Positions 17,240 to 28,975 are shown, counted from the first letter of the stretch. The stretch is 64,000 nucleotides of DNA from an uncultured Spirochaetota bacterium (GCA_944390005.1 CALXOJ010000001.1:28017-92016), one strand, 5' to 3'. The notes: generated from the letters alone by a model not told the origin. A program made the numbers and translations.

Positions 17240-18451
17240 ATGGGCTTATTGGACGATGCGGAGTTAATTGATAACGAAAGCTACAGCGACGAGTTTTCTT
17301 CAATGATTTCGCCGACCATCATCAAGGTTATCGGTGTCGGCGGCGCCGGATGCAAGGCTGTCAATCGTATGGTTGAACAGCGGCTGAATGGTGTGGAGTT
17401 TATGACTATCAATACCGATGTTCAGGATTTGCAAACGTCGAGGGCGGCTAACCGCCTGGCAATCGGAAAATCCGCTACACGCGGACTCGGCGCCGGCGGA
17501 GATCCGAAAAAAGGCGAGGCAGCCGCTGAAGAGAGCCGCGAAGAGATTAAAAAAGAGCTGTCGGGGGCAAATATGGTCTTCATCACTGCCGGAATGGGCG
17601 GCGGGACGGGAACCGGAGCTGCGCCGGTGATTGCCTCGATTGCCAAAGAGCTTCAAATCCTGACGGTTGCCATTGTAACGACACCGTTTGAACATGAAGG
17701 CGCCGTGAAAGAGGGGTATGCACGCGAAGGAATTGAAAAATTGAAAAAGGAAGTCGATTCCATCATCGTGATTCCGAATCGGAATTTAACGAAAGTGCTG
17801 CCGCCGGATATCAGTATGAAGGAAGCGTTTTTGGCAGCCGACTCCATTTTGCGCGACGGCATTTTGGGAATGTCAAAAATCATCTCCGTTCCCGGAGACA
17901 TCAATATCGATTTTGCTGACGTTAAAGCGATGCTGAAGAACAGCGGACAAGCGTATATCGGTTTAGGAGAAGGTGTCGGCGAGACGAGAGTGGTGGACGC
18001 TATCAGTAAGGCTGTCAACAATCAAATTTTGGATAACGGCGATATTACCGGAGCGCGCGGCGTCATCATCAATGTGGAGGCGGACGAAGATTTCCCAATG
18101 AAAGATTTTCAGGAAATCTGTGACGAGATTTCGCGCAGTGTGGATCCGAAAGCGATTGTCAAACACGGGTTGATTTACAACAGAGAGAAAACAGATACGG
18201 TTCGGATTACATTATTGGCGGCCGGATTCAATCAGGAAGACGAGCGGAATGAAGGCGTTGTTGAAAAAGAACGGGATGATTTTTTGCTTGAAGGAGCATT
18301 AAATCAAAACGAAGGCGGAACAGTTTCCGCTAAAGAATGGAGTCAGATGGATCGCGCTTTGTTTGGAACGACTTCGTCTAAACCGGTTTTAAATGAATAC
18401 TCCGCATTTGAATCCGATATTGATTTTCCGCCGATTTTAAAGCGACGGTGA
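17240..18451 (+). CDS. ftsZ: Cell division protein FtsZ
   Basis: IKVIGVGGAG, GMGGGTGTG, INIDFAD, C-terminal DFPPILKR. Confidence 0.98.
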   Translation: MGLLDDAELIDNESYSDEFSSMISPTIIKVIGVGGAGCKAVNRMVEQRLNGVEFMTINTDVQDLQTSRAANRLAIGKSATRGLGAGGDPKKGEAAAEESREEIKKELSGANMVFITAGMGGGTGTGAAPVIASIAKELQILTVAIVTTPFEHEGAVKEGYAREGIEKLKKEVDSIIVIPNRNLTKVLPPDISMKEAFLAADSILRDGILGMSKIISVPGDINIDFADVKAMLKNSGQAYIGLGEGVGETRVVDAISKAVNNQILDNGDITGARGVIINVEADEDFPMKDFQEICDEISRSVDPKAIVKHGLIYNREKTDTVRITLLAAGFNQEDERNEGVVEKERDDFLLEGALNQNEGGTVSAKEWSQMDRALFGTTSSKPVLNEYSAFESDIDFPPILKRR

Positions 18452-18458
18452 GGGGTTG

Positions 18459-19343
18459 ATGGCTGTTACTGCGTTTGAGGTGTATTTGAAAATCGAACGG
18501 AGACTGGCGCCTTTAACCGTCTCGACTTACCTTTCCGAATATCAGGCCTTCAACGCATACTGTCGGGAGCAAACCCTTTCTCCCGAAACCGTCAGCCGAG
18601 ACGATATTTCGGAATATCTGAAATACCGCCGTCGCCCCGAAGGCGGAGGATTGGGAATTCGGGCGGCCGAAAAGGCGCTGACAGCTCTGCGCAGTTACAT
18701 GGAGTTTTTGGTCAAAGAAGGTTTGCGTTCCGACGATCCGACTGAATTGATTCGCGTCGGCGGCCGGTTTTCCCAGCTGCCGAAAGTTTTAACGGAAGCC
18801 GAAGTTGACCGCCTGCTTGCCTCGATTCCCGTTGACACCGTCGAAGGAAAACGGGATTACGCGCTTTTTGAGCTGATTTATTCGTGCGGACTGCGCGTAT
18901 CCGAAGCGGTCGGGCTGAAATCGGAAAACTTTCGGTTTCGTGAAGCGGTGGTTCTTGTCGACGGAAAAGGCGGCCGGCGGCGGTGGGTTCCCGTCGGCGA
19001 ACGGGCGCTGCAAGCGGCGATTCGTTACCGCGACGAAGCGCGCCCGCAGTTGTCCGGAGTTCTCTCTGACAACGGTGCATTTTTTTTGACGCGCCGGGGT
19101 CGACCGATGACACGGCACCAAATTTGGGAGCGTTTGAAAAAATATGCCGTTTTAAGCGGTTTGGATACAAAAATCCATACGCTGCGTCATTCGTTTGCGA
19201 CTCATTTGCTGCAAAACGGAGCAGATTTACGGAGCGTTCAGGAATTGCTCGGTCACGCTGACATTTCAACAACGCAGATTTATACCCATGTGGCTGACAG
19301 AGATTTGGTTTTACAGCATGAAAAATTTCATCCGAGGGGGTGA
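18459..19343 (+). CDS. xerD: Tyrosine recombinase, XerD-like
   Basis: LPKVL, YSCGLRVSE, GKG, HTLRHSFATHLL, LGHADISTTQIY: full catalytic set. Confidence 0.88.
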   Translation: MAVTAFEVYLKIERRLAPLTVSTYLSEYQAFNAYCREQTLSPETVSRDDISEYLKYRRRPEGGGLGIRAAEKALTALRSYMEFLVKEGLRSDDPTELIRVGGRFSQLPKVLTEAEVDRLLASIPVDTVEGKRDYALFELIYSCGLRVSEAVGLKSENFRFREAVVLVDGKGGRRRWVPVGERALQAAIRYRDEARPQLSGVLSDNGAFFLTRRGRPMTRHQIWERLKKYAVLSGLDTKIHTLRHSFATHLLQNGADLRSVQELLGHADISTTQIYTHVADRDLVLQHEKFHPRG

Positions 19344-19347
19344 TTAT

Positions 19348-20091
19348 ATGGAAAAAAAGACGGAAAAAGTTGCAAAAAAATCTTTTTTGCTCATTATTCT
19401 TATGGCAGCGATTGCTGTTGTATCAGCGTGCCGCAGTGAAGAGAACAAGGCGTTGGAGGCGGCTCTCAATCCCTACCGCATCCTCTCTTTGTCTGATGAA
19501 AAACGGAGCGCATTTCTGACAGAAACGGAGGGAAAAATCGCCGCGGCTGCCGAGACTTCCGCAGAATCGGCAGAGGCCAATACCGAAGCGCTTTGGAGAA
19601 TTGCAGCCGGATACGGTTATGTCGCAGCCGGAGAGTTTGAAACGGCTTTGAAGAGCTTTGAATCGGCATTTGATAAACTGCACGGACTGACATCCTATCC
19701 GCAGTTTTATTACTACGCCGGTGTTGCGGCTGCCTCTCAAGCTAAGCAGTCGCCGATTGAGAGTCAAAAAGCGCTGCTGTTTGAAAAGGCGATTTATTAC
19801 TACAACCGAGCATTGGAGTTGAGTTCGACTTATACCAATGCGTATTACGGGTTGGGAGTGATTTATTATTTTGAACTGGGAGATGCAGATACGGGGCTGG
19901 AGTATGCTTTGAAGGCAATCGGAGCGGATCCGGATCAATTCGGAGCCCGTTACATGGCTGCCCGTATCTATGTTGAAAAAGGCGATAACGCGAAAGCGAT
20001 AGAGCAATACAATTACATTATTCGGCACGCGGATAAAGAAACCGCGGCGAGTGCCGTCCGCAACAAGGAGATTTTGGAATCGGACGGCTGA
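19348..20091 (+). CDS. TPR-repeat lipoprotein
   Basis: Signal peptide with lipobox VSA-C; TPR-like repeats (AYYGLGVIYY, ARYMAARIY). Confidence 0.85.
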   Translation: MEKKTEKVAKKSFLLIILMAAIAVVSACRSEENKALEAALNPYRILSLSDEKRSAFLTETEGKIAAAAETSAESAEANTEALWRIAAGYGYVAAGEFETALKSFESAFDKLHGLTSYPQFYYYAGVAAASQAKQSPIESQKALLFEKAIYYYNRALELSSTYTNAYYGLGVIYYFELGDADTGLEYALKAIGADPDQFGARYMAARIYVEKGDNAKAIEQYNYIIRHADKETAASAVRNKEILESDG

Positions 20092-20100
20092 GGAGGGCGT

Positions 20101-21069
20101 CTGAAAACCGAAATTTCACTGATTCGGCTGGCTGTGCATCGGCTGGAGTTTTTGCGGGAAAAAGAAAAACGGCTGCTGTCGGAGATTTACGAAGGCTACG
20201 AATCGGCCTTTGAACGGCTGACAGTCGCCGAAATTGAAGGGATTGTCGGCAGGCGGCTGCGTGTCAAAGCGGCTGCATCGGCAGAGAATTTAAAGGCCGC
20301 TGAACGGGATTTGCGGTGGCTGAGCGGGTTGGAAGGATTTGTCGTGGCATCGGATGATGAACGCTATCCTCCGCTGCTGCGCGAAATTTATGATCCGCCG
20401 TTTTTGTTGTTCGGGCGAGGGGTCGAACGGTTGCGGGCTATTCCGATTGCGGTTGTCGGCACCCGCTATCCGACGGGGAAGGCGTACCGCGCCTGTTTTG
20501 AATTGAGCCGCTACCTCTCGTCGAAAGGCGTGTGTGTCGTTTCAGGATTGGCGCGCGGCATTGATGCAACAGCTCATGCGGGAGCCTTAGCCGGAGGCGG
20601 ACAAACGGCGGCTGTTTTGGGAAACGGCATCGATACCGTTTATCCTGCCGAAAATCGCCGGCTGGCGCAGAAAATTGTGGAAAACGGAGGCGTTATTCTC
20701 TCCGAATTTCCGCCGGGAACGGAGGTGCGCAAATACCGTTTTCCGCAGCGCAACCGCATTATCAGCGGAATTTCTCCGTTGAGCATTGTGGTGCAGGCGC
20801 CCGAAAAATCGGGGGCGCTGATTACGGCGGATCAGGCGTTGGAACAGGGCCGGGACGTTGTTGTTCTCTCCGCCGGACTGGAGGATGTTTACGGTGACGG
20901 AACCGTCCGATTGGCAGAACAGGGGGCGCCCGTTTGGGAAGAACCGCAGGATATAGATTGCTGGCTGCAGAGGTATGAAGAGATTTATGGAAAAGAGCAC
21001 AAAAACGAAGGAAAAGAAAAAAACGACGCTGATTATTGTCGAATCTCCGGCCAAGGCGCTGACCATTGA
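20101..21069 (+). CDS. dprA: DNA-processing protein DprA/Smf
   Basis: YPPLLREIYDPP, VVGTR, SGLARGID, FPQRNRIISG, SGALITA. Start is either CTG 20101 (after AGGAGG) or GTG 20134. Confidence 0.93.
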   Translation: MKTEISLIRLAVHRLEFLREKEKRLLSEIYEGYESAFERLTVAEIEGIVGRRLRVKAAASAENLKAAERDLRWLSGLEGFVVASDDERYPPLLREIYDPPFLLFGRGVERLRAIPIAVVGTRYPTGKAYRACFELSRYLSSKGVCVVSGLARGIDATAHAGALAGGGQTAAVLGNGIDTVYPAENRRLAQKIVENGGVILSEFPPGTEVRKYRFPQRNRIISGISPLSIVVQAPEKSGALITADQALEQGRDVVVLSAGLEDVYGDGTVRLAEQGAPVWEEPQDIDCWLQRYEEIYGKEHKNEGKEKNDADYCRISGQGADH

Positions 21070-23125
21070 AAAATATTTGGGCAGCGGATATAAAGTCGAA
21101 GCATCGATGGGCCATTTGGTCGATTTGCCAAAATCGCGAATGGCTATCGATATAGAACACGATTTTGAACCGCAATACATCACTGTTCGGGGAAAAGGGC
21201 CGCGGCTGAAGGAGTTACTGTCGATGGTTTCCCGAGCGGATGAAGTGTTGCTGGCAAGCGATAACGATCGTGAAGGAGAGGCGATTGCCTTTCACATTCG
21301 CAATGCGATTCTGAAAAAATTTCCGGGCAAGACGATTCGCAGAATTGTTTTCAATGAAATTACCCCCGACGCCATTCGGGAAGCGGTTCGTCATCCGCGG
21401 GAAGTTGAAGAAAATAAAGTGTGTGCCCAAAAAGGCCGCCGTGTGCTGGATCGATTGGTCGGTTACAACCTTTCGCCGATTTTGTGGGCAAAAGTCAAAA
21501 ACGGACTTTCCGCCGGCCGCGTTCAGTCCGTGGCGCTGCGGTTGATTTGCGAACGGGAGAGAGAGGTCGAAAACTTTATTCCGGAAGAATACTGGACCGT
21601 AGATGCGCTTCTAAATAAGGGAAAAACTCCGTTTAAAGCATCTCTTTTCAAGTGGCAGGATAAAAAATTTGAAGCAAAATCGAAATCCGAAGTTGACTCT
21701 GTCACCGATTCCGTTCCGATCGATTCGTTTACCGTTTCCGAAAAGGAGATCCGAAAAAAACAGCAAAAACCCAAACCGCCGTTTACAACCTCGACTCTAC
21801 AGCAAGCGGCTGCCAATCGGTTGGGTTTTACATCACGTAAGACAATGCAAATTGCGCAGCAGCTCTATGAAGGCGTCAATATCGGAGCCAATCGGGTCGG
21901 TTTGATTTCATACATGAGAACCGATTCAACACGTATTTCCGAAACCGCGATTGCCGACGTCCGAAAATATATCGGAGAGCACTATCCGAAAGCGCTGCCT
22001 TCCGAACCGCGGAGTTACGCAGCCTCGCAGAAAGCTCAGGATGCCCACGAAGCGATTCGGCCGACTTATGTTTCCTACGAACCGGAAAAGGTGAAAGACT
22101 CCTTAAACCGCGATCAACAGAAACTGTATACGCTGATTTGGGAGCGTTTTGTTGCCTGTCAGATGACAAACTCTGAAACCCAACTGACGACTTACACCGT
22201 GAAAAGCGGAGCTGCAGAGTTCCGTTGCCACAGTTCATCGGTCAGCGAAAAAGGTTTCTCGGCGGTCTGCAAACTTCTCAAAAGCAAAGATGACGAAGAG
22301 GCTCAGCGCATTCCCGATTTGAAAATCGGCGAAACGCTCGTTTTTGTTGAATGGAAAAAAGACCGCCACTTTACCCAGGGTCCTTCCCGCTACACTGACG
22401 CCTCCATTGTGAAAATGTTGGAGGAAAAAGGAATCGGCCGGCCGTCGACGTATGCGCCGATTATTTCGGTTCTGCTCGACCGGTACTACGTCGTCCGAAA
22501 AAACAAACAGTTGCAGCCGACTGTTCTCGGCAAAATTATCTCGGATTTGCTGACCGAACAGTTTCCGGAAACCATTAACGTCGATTTTACCGCAGAGATG
22601 GAGAATCGATTGGATGAAGTCGAAGAAGGGCGGCTTGATTGGCATAAAATGATCGGTGATTTCTACAAACCGTTTCACGATAAAGTTGAAAAGGTTCAGT
22701 CGACGTTGGAGTCGGTCAAAGGTGTTTTGGAAGAACCGACGAATGAAGTGTGCGAAAAGTGCGGCCGTCCAATGGTGAAAAAATTGGGACGGTTCGGGTT
22801 CTTTTTGGCGTGTTCAGGCTTCCCGGAGTGCCGCAATACGCAAAGCATTCCGTTGGCAGACTGTCCGCGTGAAGGATGCGGCGGAAAAATTGTAGCGCGC
22901 AAAAAAGCCGGCGGTCGCGGCCGTGAATTTTACGGCTGTACCAACTATCCGGAATGCGACTTTATTTCATATTTCAAACCGACAGAACAGAAGTGCCCGA
23001 AGTGCGGACAATTTTTGGTCGAAAAGAGCGATAAAGTTCACGGCGTTTACCGCGCCTGTATCAACGACCAATGCGATTTTTTACATTATGACAGCGGGGA
23101 TGAAGAAAGTGGAGACGAACGTTGA
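20987..23125 (+). CDS. topA: DNA topoisomerase I
   Basis: [30 protein letters not shown] (catalytic Tyr), [10 protein letters not shown]-terminal C4 zinc ribbons. Confidence 0.97.
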   Translation: MEKSTKTKEKKKTTLIIVESPAKALTIEKYLGSGYKVEASMGHLVDLPKSRMAIDIEHDFEPQYITVRGKGPRLKELLSMVSRADEVLLASDNDREGEAIAFHIRNAILKKFPGKTIRRIVFNEITPDAIREAVRHPREVEENKVCAQKGRRVLDRLVGYNLSPILWAKVKNGLSAGRVQSVALRLICEREREVENFIPEEYWTVDALLNKGKTPFKASLFKWQDKKFEAKSKSEVDSVTDSVPIDSFTVSEKEIRKKQQKPKPPFTTSTLQQAAANRLGFTSRKTMQIAQQLYEGVNIGANRVGLISYMRTDSTRISETAIADVRKYIGEHYPKALPSEPRSYAASQKAQDAHEAIRPTYVSYEPEKVKDSLNRDQQKLYTLIWERFVACQMTNSETQLTTYTVKSGAAEFRCHSSSVSEKGFSAVCKLLKSKDDEEAQRIPDLKIGETLVFVEWKKDRHFTQGPSRYTDASIVKMLEEKGIGRPSTYAPIISVLLDRYYVVRKNKQLQPTVLGKIISDLLTEQFPETINVDFTAEMENRLDEVEEGRLDWHKMIGDFYKPFHDKVEKVQSTLESVKGVLEEPTNEVCEKCGRPMVKKLGRFGFFLACSGFPECRNTQSIPLADCPREGCGGKIVARKKAGGRGREFYGCTNYPECDFISYFKPTEQKCPKCGQFLVEKSDKVHGVYRACINDQCDFLHYDSGDEESGDER

Positions 23126-24023
23126 GAATTTTCTTGAATCACTGAGTCTGCTGCGCGGCGCTTCCGACGGAACCGTTACCGGGTATCGCCGGGATCTTTC
23201 TAAATTGGAGGCGTACTGCGAGCGCAATGGATTGAACCTCTTAACGCTTTCGGCCGCCGATGCCCGCGGTTTTCTGATGTCGACTGAAGTCCGCTCATTG
23301 TCGCCGGTCAGCGTGAATCGGTTGCTGTCGGCGGTTAAAGGGTGTTATCGGTTTTGGGAAGAAAACGGAACGGTCCAAAACAACCCGTTTGCCGGAATTA
23401 AAAACTTCAAAACCGAACGGAAATTGCCGCGTTTTTTCTTTGAAGATGAGATGAATTCTCTGTTGGAAATTGAGCCCGTCGATTTTGCCTCATCAAGAGA
23501 TCGATTTCTCTTTGAATTGCTCTATTCGACCGGTTGCCGAATCAGCGAAATCATCGCCATGAACAGCCGTGATTTTCGACGAGCCGGCGATACGATGACA
23601 GTTGTCGGAAAGGGTAGGAAGGAGCGAGTGGTCTGCCTCGGCCGTTTCTGTAAGGAAGCGTACCGTGACTATTCCCTGTTTAGGAGCGCTTACGAACGGG
23701 CGCACGGATGGGAAGAAAATGAGGCGCTGCTGATCAACAGCAAAGGGAAGCGGTTGACGCCGCGCGGAGTTCATTTCATCATCGGAGAGCGGCTGATGAA
23801 AAACGGCACGATCGGAAAATCGGTCGGTGCCCACGCATTTCGACACTCGTTTGCAACGCACATGCTCAACCGCGGAGCCGATATCCGCATTGTGCAGGAA
23901 ATGCTCGGTCACAGTTCGTTGTCGACGACGCAAATTTATACTCATGTCGAATTGGATCGTCTGAAAGATGTTTATTCATCCGCGCATCCCCATGCGGGAA
24001 GCGGGAAAAAGGGGAGAAACTGA
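23100..24023 (+). CDS. xerC: Tyrosine recombinase, XerC-like
   Basis: [44 protein letters not shown]. Start is ATG 23100 or GTG 23109. Confidence 0.88.
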   Translation: MKKVETNVENFLESLSLLRGASDGTVTGYRRDLSKLEAYCERNGLNLLTLSAADARGFLMSTEVRSLSPVSVNRLLSAVKGCYRFWEENGTVQNNPFAGIKNFKTERKLPRFFFEDEMNSLLEIEPVDFASSRDRFLFELLYSTGCRISEIIAMNSRDFRRAGDTMTVVGKGRKERVVCLGRFCKEAYRDYSLFRSAYERAHGWEENEALLINSKGKRLTPRGVHFIIGERLMKNGTIGKSVGAHAFRHSFATHMLNRGADIRIVQEMLGHSSLSTTQIYTHVELDRLKDVYSSAHPHAGSGKKGRN

Positions 24024-24557
24024 ATGGAATTTCACGGAACAACCGTTATCGCCGTCAAACGCGGTGCGCAAACCGCTATGGCAGCCGATGGCCAAGTAAC
24101 GCTGGGCAACACGATTATGAAAGGGAATGCCCGCAAAGTGAGGAAAATTTATGACGGAAAAGTCATGGTCGGATTTGCCGGCGCAACGGCGGATGCCTTC
24201 ACACTCTCCGACCGATTCGAAAAACACTTAAAGGGAACCGGCGGCGACATTACTCGTGCAGCCGTCGAGCTGGCAAAAGAATGGAGGACGGAGCGGGCGC
24301 TGGCCAAGTTGGAAGCCATGCTTCTGGTTGCCGATAAAGAGAAGATTCTGTTGATTTCAGGGAACGGCGACGTTGTCGATCCCGAAGAAGGGATTGCCGC
24401 TATCGGTTCGGGCGGAATGTTTGCCTATGCCGCCGCATTGGCGTATGCGGAAGCCTCCGATTGGAGCGCTGCCGAAATTGCGGAAAAATCGCTGGCTGTG
24501 GCTGGCCGCATCTGCATTTACACGAATCGACATTTGACACTGGAGGTGCTGGAATGA
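24024..24557 (+). CDS. hslV: ATP-dependent protease peptidase subunit HslV
   Basis: HGTT N-terminal Thr, [24 protein letters not shown]. Confidence 0.97.
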   Translation: MEFHGTTVIAVKRGAQTAMAADGQVTLGNTIMKGNARKVRKIYDGKVMVGFAGATADAFTLSDRFEKHLKGTGGDITRAAVELAKEWRTERALAKLEAMLLVADKEKILLISGNGDVVDPEEGIAAIGSGGMFAYAAALAYAEASDWSAAEIAEKSLAVAGRICIYTNRHLTLEVLE

Positions 24558-25903
24558 CCGGAGAGTGGGAGCTGCTGACTCCGACGCGGATTGCCGCTGC
24601 GTTGGATCAATTTATTATCGGTCAAAGCGAGGCTAAAAAAGCGGTGGCAGTCGCTCTGCGCAGCCGTATGCGTCGGCGTAAACTGCCGGCGGAAATGGCG
24701 GAGGAGATTATTCCTAAGAACATTCTGATGATCGGACCGACCGGTGTCGGAAAAACGGAAATTGCGCGGCGGTTGGCAAAGCTGGTTTCCGCTCCGTTTT
24801 TGAAGGTCGAAGCGACAAAGTACACCGAAGTCGGCTACGTTGGACGCGATGTAGAATCGATGGTTCGCGATCTGTTCAATGTGGCTCTGCAAATGGTAAA
24901 ATCTGAAATGGCTGAAGCCAACCGTGAAACAGCTGAAGCGCGCACTGAAGAAAGAATTCTCGATTTACTGCTGAATATTCGCCCCGATTCGCCGCCGCCG
25001 ACCGAGGCGGACAAAGAAGCTCGGGAGCGGTTCCGCCGCAAGCTGCGTAACGGCGATTACGAGCAGACACCGATCCGCATCCGAATCACCGAGAATAAAC
25101 CGCTTGAAATGACCGGTATGTTTGCCGTTCCGGGAATGCCGGACGGAGACGACGGCAGCCGTATTTCCGACATTATAGGTGATATTTTTGCCGGCAAGCG
25201 CAAAACGGAACAGAAACTTCCCGTTTGCGAAGCACGGGAAATTCTTTTAAAAGAGGAAACCGAAAAGCTGGTGGAAAACGGTAACGCGATTAAAGCGGCA
25301 AAAGAGCGCACCGAACAGTCGGGAATCATTTTTATCGACGAAATCGACAAATTGGCAACGACGGCGCGGCACGGTTCGGGCGAGGTTTCCCGCGAAGGCG
25401 TTCAGCGCGATCTGCTGCCGATTATCGAAGGTTCCAAAATCAACACCAAATACGGTTTGATCGATACATCGCACATTCTTTTCATTGCGGCCGGCGCTTT
25501 TCACATGAGCAAACCTTCAGATTTGATGCCGGAACTTCAAGGACGTCTTCCGGTGCGTGTCGAACTCAAATCGCTGACTCCGGAGGATTTTTACCGCATT
25601 CTGACTGAGCCTCAAAACGCGCTGGTAAAACAATACACGGCGCTGATGGAGACCGAAGGCGTTGCGCTGCATTTTGAAGAGGCGGCGCTCCGGCGGCTGT
25701 CGCAAATTGCGGCGCAGGTTAACCGCAACACGGAGGACATCGGCGCGCGGCGGCTCTACACCATCATGGAGCGTTTACTCGAGGATCTGTCGTTTGAGGC
25801 GGAGACTTACAGCGGCCGCGCTTACACGGTCACGGAGGCGCTGGTCGACGAAAAATTGAACGCTTTATGCGAATCGCAGGATTTATCCGCTTATATTTTA
25901 TAA
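24554..25903 (+). CDS. hslU: ATP-dependent protease ATPase subunit HslU
   Basis: [52 protein letters not shown]. Confidence 0.97.
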   Translation: MTGEWELLTPTRIAAALDQFIIGQSEAKKAVAVALRSRMRRRKLPAEMAEEIIPKNILMIGPTGVGKTEIARRLAKLVSAPFLKVEATKYTEVGYVGRDVESMVRDLFNVALQMVKSEMAEANRETAEARTEERILDLLLNIRPDSPPPTEADKEARERFRRKLRNGDYEQTPIRIRITENKPLEMTGMFAVPGMPDGDDGSRISDIIGDIFAGKRKTEQKLPVCEAREILLKEETEKLVENGNAIKAAKERTEQSGIIFIDEIDKLATTARHGSGEVSREGVQRDLLPIIEGSKINTKYGLIDTSHILFIAAGAFHMSKPSDLMPELQGRLPVRVELKSLTPEDFYRILTEPQNALVKQYTALMETEGVALHFEEAALRRLSQIAAQVNRNTEDIGARRLYTIMERLLEDLSFEAETYSGRAYTVTEALVDEKLNALCESQDLSAYIL

Positions 25904-25911
25904 AATGTGGT

Positions 25912-25938
25912 TATGGAGACGGAATTTCCTTCCGATAA
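25912..25938 (+). promoter_or_regulatory. Candidate sigma28 promoter upstream of flgB
   Basis: TATG-N15-TCCGATAA; the -10 is 7/8 to GCCGATAA and the -35 is weak. Confidence 0.4.
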
Positions 25939-25960
25939 GATAAAGAAGAGGAGACCGAAA

Positions 25961-26389
25961 ATGTTTATCGAAACCGGATTCGGACGCAATTTGGACATTA
26001 TGCACCGCCTGATGGATACGGCGGTCTTACGTCACAATGTCATTGCTAACAATATGGCCAATTCTGAGACGCCGAATTTCAAACGTTCCGAAGTGAACTT
26101 CGAAAAAGAGCTGCTGCGTCGTTTGGAGTTGGAGCGCAACGGAAAGTATACGCTCGATTTCGACCGTGCAAAAGAGTGCCGTTTTGCTTTTCAGGATCCG
26201 GAACCGTATTCAACCTTAAAACCGATTCGGTCGCTTGATTATCTGTCTCAGGCGGACAACAACGGCAACAATGTCAATTTGGAAGAAGAAGGTATGTCAG
26301 CTTTGAATAACCAGCTTCGTTACGAAATGATGACTTATTCTGTGTCGGCGATGTTCAATAACATCCGGACTGCGTTGACGTCGAGATGA
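25961..26389 (+). CDS. flgB: Flagellar basal-body rod protein FlgB
   Basis: RHNVIANNMANSETPNFK, NGNNVNLEEE; GAGGAG RBS before ATG 25961. Confidence 0.95.
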   Translation: MFIETGFGRNLDIMHRLMDTAVLRHNVIANNMANSETPNFKRSEVNFEKELLRRLELERNGKYTLDFDRAKECRFAFQDPEPYSTLKPIRSLDYLSQADNNGNNVNLEEEGMSALNNQLRYEMMTYSVSAMFNNIRTALTSR

Positions 26390-26400
26390 GGGGGCTGTAA

Positions 26401-26856
26401 ATGGGAATTTTTACGACTTTGAGTACGGCCGGCAGCGGTCTGACAGCTCAGCGAATGCGTTTGGACGTTATTTCCGATAATATTGCCAACGCCGATACGA
26501 CAAGAACGGTTGACGGCGGACCGTTTCGCCGCAGCCGCGTGATTTTGCAGGCCAAAAACGAAGGCGCTTACTGGAATTCGCCGTTTTTGCCTAAGTCGTT
26601 GGACAACGGTTTGGGAAAAGGCGTGGAAGTGGTGGAAATCGAGAAAGATACCGACAGTCAGACACGGTTGGTTTACGATCCGTACCATCCGGATGCGTAT
26701 AAAACCGGACCGAAAGCCGGTTACGTCGAATATCCGAACGTCAACGTTGTACAAGAGATGGTCGATATGATTTCGGCGTCGCGTGCTTATGAAGCCAACG
26801 TCTCACTGATTAATGGCGCTAAATCGATGTTCACCAAAGCGATGGACATTAAATAA
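26401..26856 (+). CDS. flgC: Flagellar basal-body rod protein FlgC
   Basis: SGLTAQRMR, NIANADTT, YDPYHPDA, PNVNVVQEMVDMISASRAYEAN. Confidence 0.97.
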   Translation: MGIFTTLSTAGSGLTAQRMRLDVISDNIANADTTRTVDGGPFRRSRVILQAKNEGAYWNSPFLPKSLDNGLGKGVEVVEIEKDTDSQTRLVYDPYHPDAYKTGPKAGYVEYPNVNVVQEMVDMISASRAYEANVSLINGAKSMFTKAMDIK

Positions 26857-26868
26857 AAGGAGGAGTAT

Positions 26869-27192
26869 ATGAATTCCGTTGCGGGATTGGGGAGTGCGTT
26901 TGACCGCGCCGTTACCTTTCAGCACTTAGGAAGGGAAAACAATTACACAGAGAACGGTAAAACTGTCGTTGACGTCAGTTTCGGAAAGACTTTTTCTGAG
27001 CTGCTGGACAAAGCGAGCGATACTGTCAATTTAAGCGAACGCATGAGCGAGCAGTTTATTTTGGATCCGCAAAGCATCGATCATCACGATGTGACAATCG
27101 CTGTTGCCGAAGCCAATATGGCGGTTACGATGACGAAGGCGGTGACCGACGGCGTCATTCGTGCTTATAAAGAAATAATTAACTTGCGGTAA
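26869..27192 (+). CDS. fliE: Flagellar hook-basal body protein FliE
   Basis: DHHDVTIA..EA, AYKEII C-terminus; position after flgC. Confidence 0.92.
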   Translation: MNSVAGLGSAFDRAVTFQHLGRENNYTENGKTVVDVSFGKTFSELLDKASDTVNLSERMSEQFILDPQSIDHHDVTIAVAEANMAVTMTKAVTDGVIRAYKEIINLR

Positions 27193-27212
27193 ATCCGATT
27201 ACAGGTTATAAT
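27184..27212 (+). promoter_or_regulatory. Internal sigma70 promoter upstream of fliF
   Basis: TTGCGG-N17-TATAAT; GGGAGG RBS. Confidence 0.6.
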
Positions 27213-27252
27213 ATAATGGATAAATCGTTCTGCATTCAATCTGGGAGGGAAA

Positions 27253-28974
27253 ATGAACGATAAGTTGAAAGCTGCGCTCGATAAGGCAAAAAACCAATGG
27301 AATAAATGGTCGAAAGTTCAGAAGGGGATTTTCGGCGGAGTGATCGCTCTCATTGTCGTCGCGGTCATTGTCTTGGGAACCGTTTCCACACAGGACGGGA
27401 GAGTTTCTCTTTTTAATGCGCCGATCAACGACACGCAGGCGTTTGAACGGATTGTCACTCGCCTGGAAGAGGAAAACGTACCGTTTACGACGACAGCCGA
27501 CGGACGCATTTATGTCGATAATTCCCGCGTTGCCCGTCGCTTGAAAGCCGTTGTCGTTCAGGAAGGATTGCTGCCTTCCAATATGGACGTATGGAGTTTT
27601 CTTAACGTCAATCAATTTACTGTTACCGATTTTGAACAAAAAGAGAAAGTCCGTTTGGCAATTGCCAAAGATTTGGAAGCGCTGTTGAAGTCGCTTGACG
27701 ACGTTGATAACGCTTCCGTAAAGATTGCCATGCCGGAAACGGAGTTGTTTGCCGAAGACAATAAACCGGTTACAGCGTCTGTTGTCATCACTCCGTCGTT
27801 TTCATCCGATCTGGTAACAAACCGCGCCAAAATCGAAGGAATTGAACGGCTGGTGACGCGTGCCATTCCCCGTATCGATCGGGAGAATATCACCATTACC
27901 GATAACTCCGGTATTGAGCTCAACAGCAAAAACTTTCAAGTTGTCGACCGCCTTCATTTGACGGAAGCACAGCTGAAAATTAAACAAAAAGCCGAAAAGC
28001 TTCTTTATGAGAAAGTCAAACGGGTTTTGACAAATAATGGAGTCGGCAGCGCTCCGATTCCTCCGTCGCGTATCAGTATTTCGCCGGTTGAAATCGATAT
28101 GCAATTTAATGAAGAGTCGTATATCTACGACGAAATCCTCCCGATCATTTTAAAGGCTGACAATCCCGATACGCCTTATGACGATCAACAGATCATCGAA
28201 AAAGTGTTGGTTGAATCGGTTGTCAATAATGAAGAGTACAACGGTACGGGATTTAATCCCGAAGGGCCGGCCGGTGTGGAAGGACAGGTTCCGCCGGCAT
28301 ACAAAGACTTGCAAGGATTGGTTGCACGTTACGGAAAAGATCAGAGCGAAAGCCGTTACGAAACCAGCAAAAAACAGACCACAGTCAACAAAACGCCGTG
28401 GCAAATCAACGGAATTTCGGTTTCTGTATTGATTGACGGTATTACTGTAAAGGAACGAGACGCTTCCGGAAATTATATTGAATCCGAAAACGGCGGTATT
28501 CAGCGTTCTTATGTTCCCGTTGACGAAGAAACGCTGCGAAGCCTCCGTTCTGCGGTCGAAGGAGCCATTCGCTATGATCAGAACCGCGGAGATATAGTCG
28601 AAGTCCGCAACGTTCAGTTTGACCGAACGGCGGAGTTTGAACAGGAAGACAACGCTTATCGCACATCGAAGAAAGTTAAGCAAGCGCTTTTTGCGACACT
28701 GTTGACTTTAGTTGTCTTGTTGTCGCTGATTTTCTTGATTCGGACGATTGTTCACTGGCGGGAACGCCGGCGGAAATTACGGGAAGAGGAACGTGCCCGT
28801 CAATTGGCAATGGAGCGTCAAGCTATGCTTGACAGGTTAGATAACCCCATTAATATTCCGATGACTGGAGAAGATGCGGAGAAGAACGAGTTGTTCCGTG
28901 AAGCACAAGTGATGGCGCGCGAACATCCCGAAGATGTAGCGCAGTTGATTAGAGCTTGGTTGGTGGAGGAGTAA
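27253..28974 (+). CDS. fliF: Flagellar MS-ring protein FliF
   Basis: Two TM helices, ASVKIAMP, VTASV, ITITDNSG, RGD, C-terminal PEDVAQLIRAWL. Confidence 0.95.
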   Translation: MNDKLKAALDKAKNQWNKWSKVQKGIFGGVIALIVVAVIVLGTVSTQDGRVSLFNAPINDTQAFERIVTRLEEENVPFTTTADGRIYVDNSRVARRLKAVVVQEGLLPSNMDVWSFLNVNQFTVTDFEQKEKVRLAIAKDLEALLKSLDDVDNASVKIAMPETELFAEDNKPVTASVVITPSFSSDLVTNRAKIEGIERLVTRAIPRIDRENITITDNSGIELNSKNFQVVDRLHLTEAQLKIKQKAEKLLYEKVKRVLTNNGVGSAPIPPSRISISPVEIDMQFNEESYIYDEILPIILKADNPDTPYDDQQIIEKVLVESVVNNEEYNGTGFNPEGPAGVEGQVPPAYKDLQGLVARYGKDQSESRYETSKKQTTVNKTPWQINGISVSVLIDGITVKERDASGNYIESENGGIQRSYVPVDEETLRSLRSAVEGAIRYDQNRGDIVEVRNVQFDRTAEFEQEDNAYRTSKKVKQALFATLLTLVVLLSLIFLIRTIVHWRERRRKLREEERARQLAMERQAMLDRLDNPINIPMTGEDAEKNELFREAQVMAREHPEDVAQLIRAWLVEE

Positions 28975-28975
28975 A

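Noticed and set aside
20987-21069. 83-bp dprA/topA overlap as a programmed frameshift or fusion
   Set aside because: Both ORFs are complete with their own starts, and the overlap is a low-complexity A-rich tail.
18459-24023. Two tyrosine recombinases as evidence of a prophage, integron or genomic island
   Set aside because: Both are XerC/XerD-type and sit in housekeeping context (ftsZ, dprA, topA, hslVU). I saw no att repeats, cassettes or phage genes.
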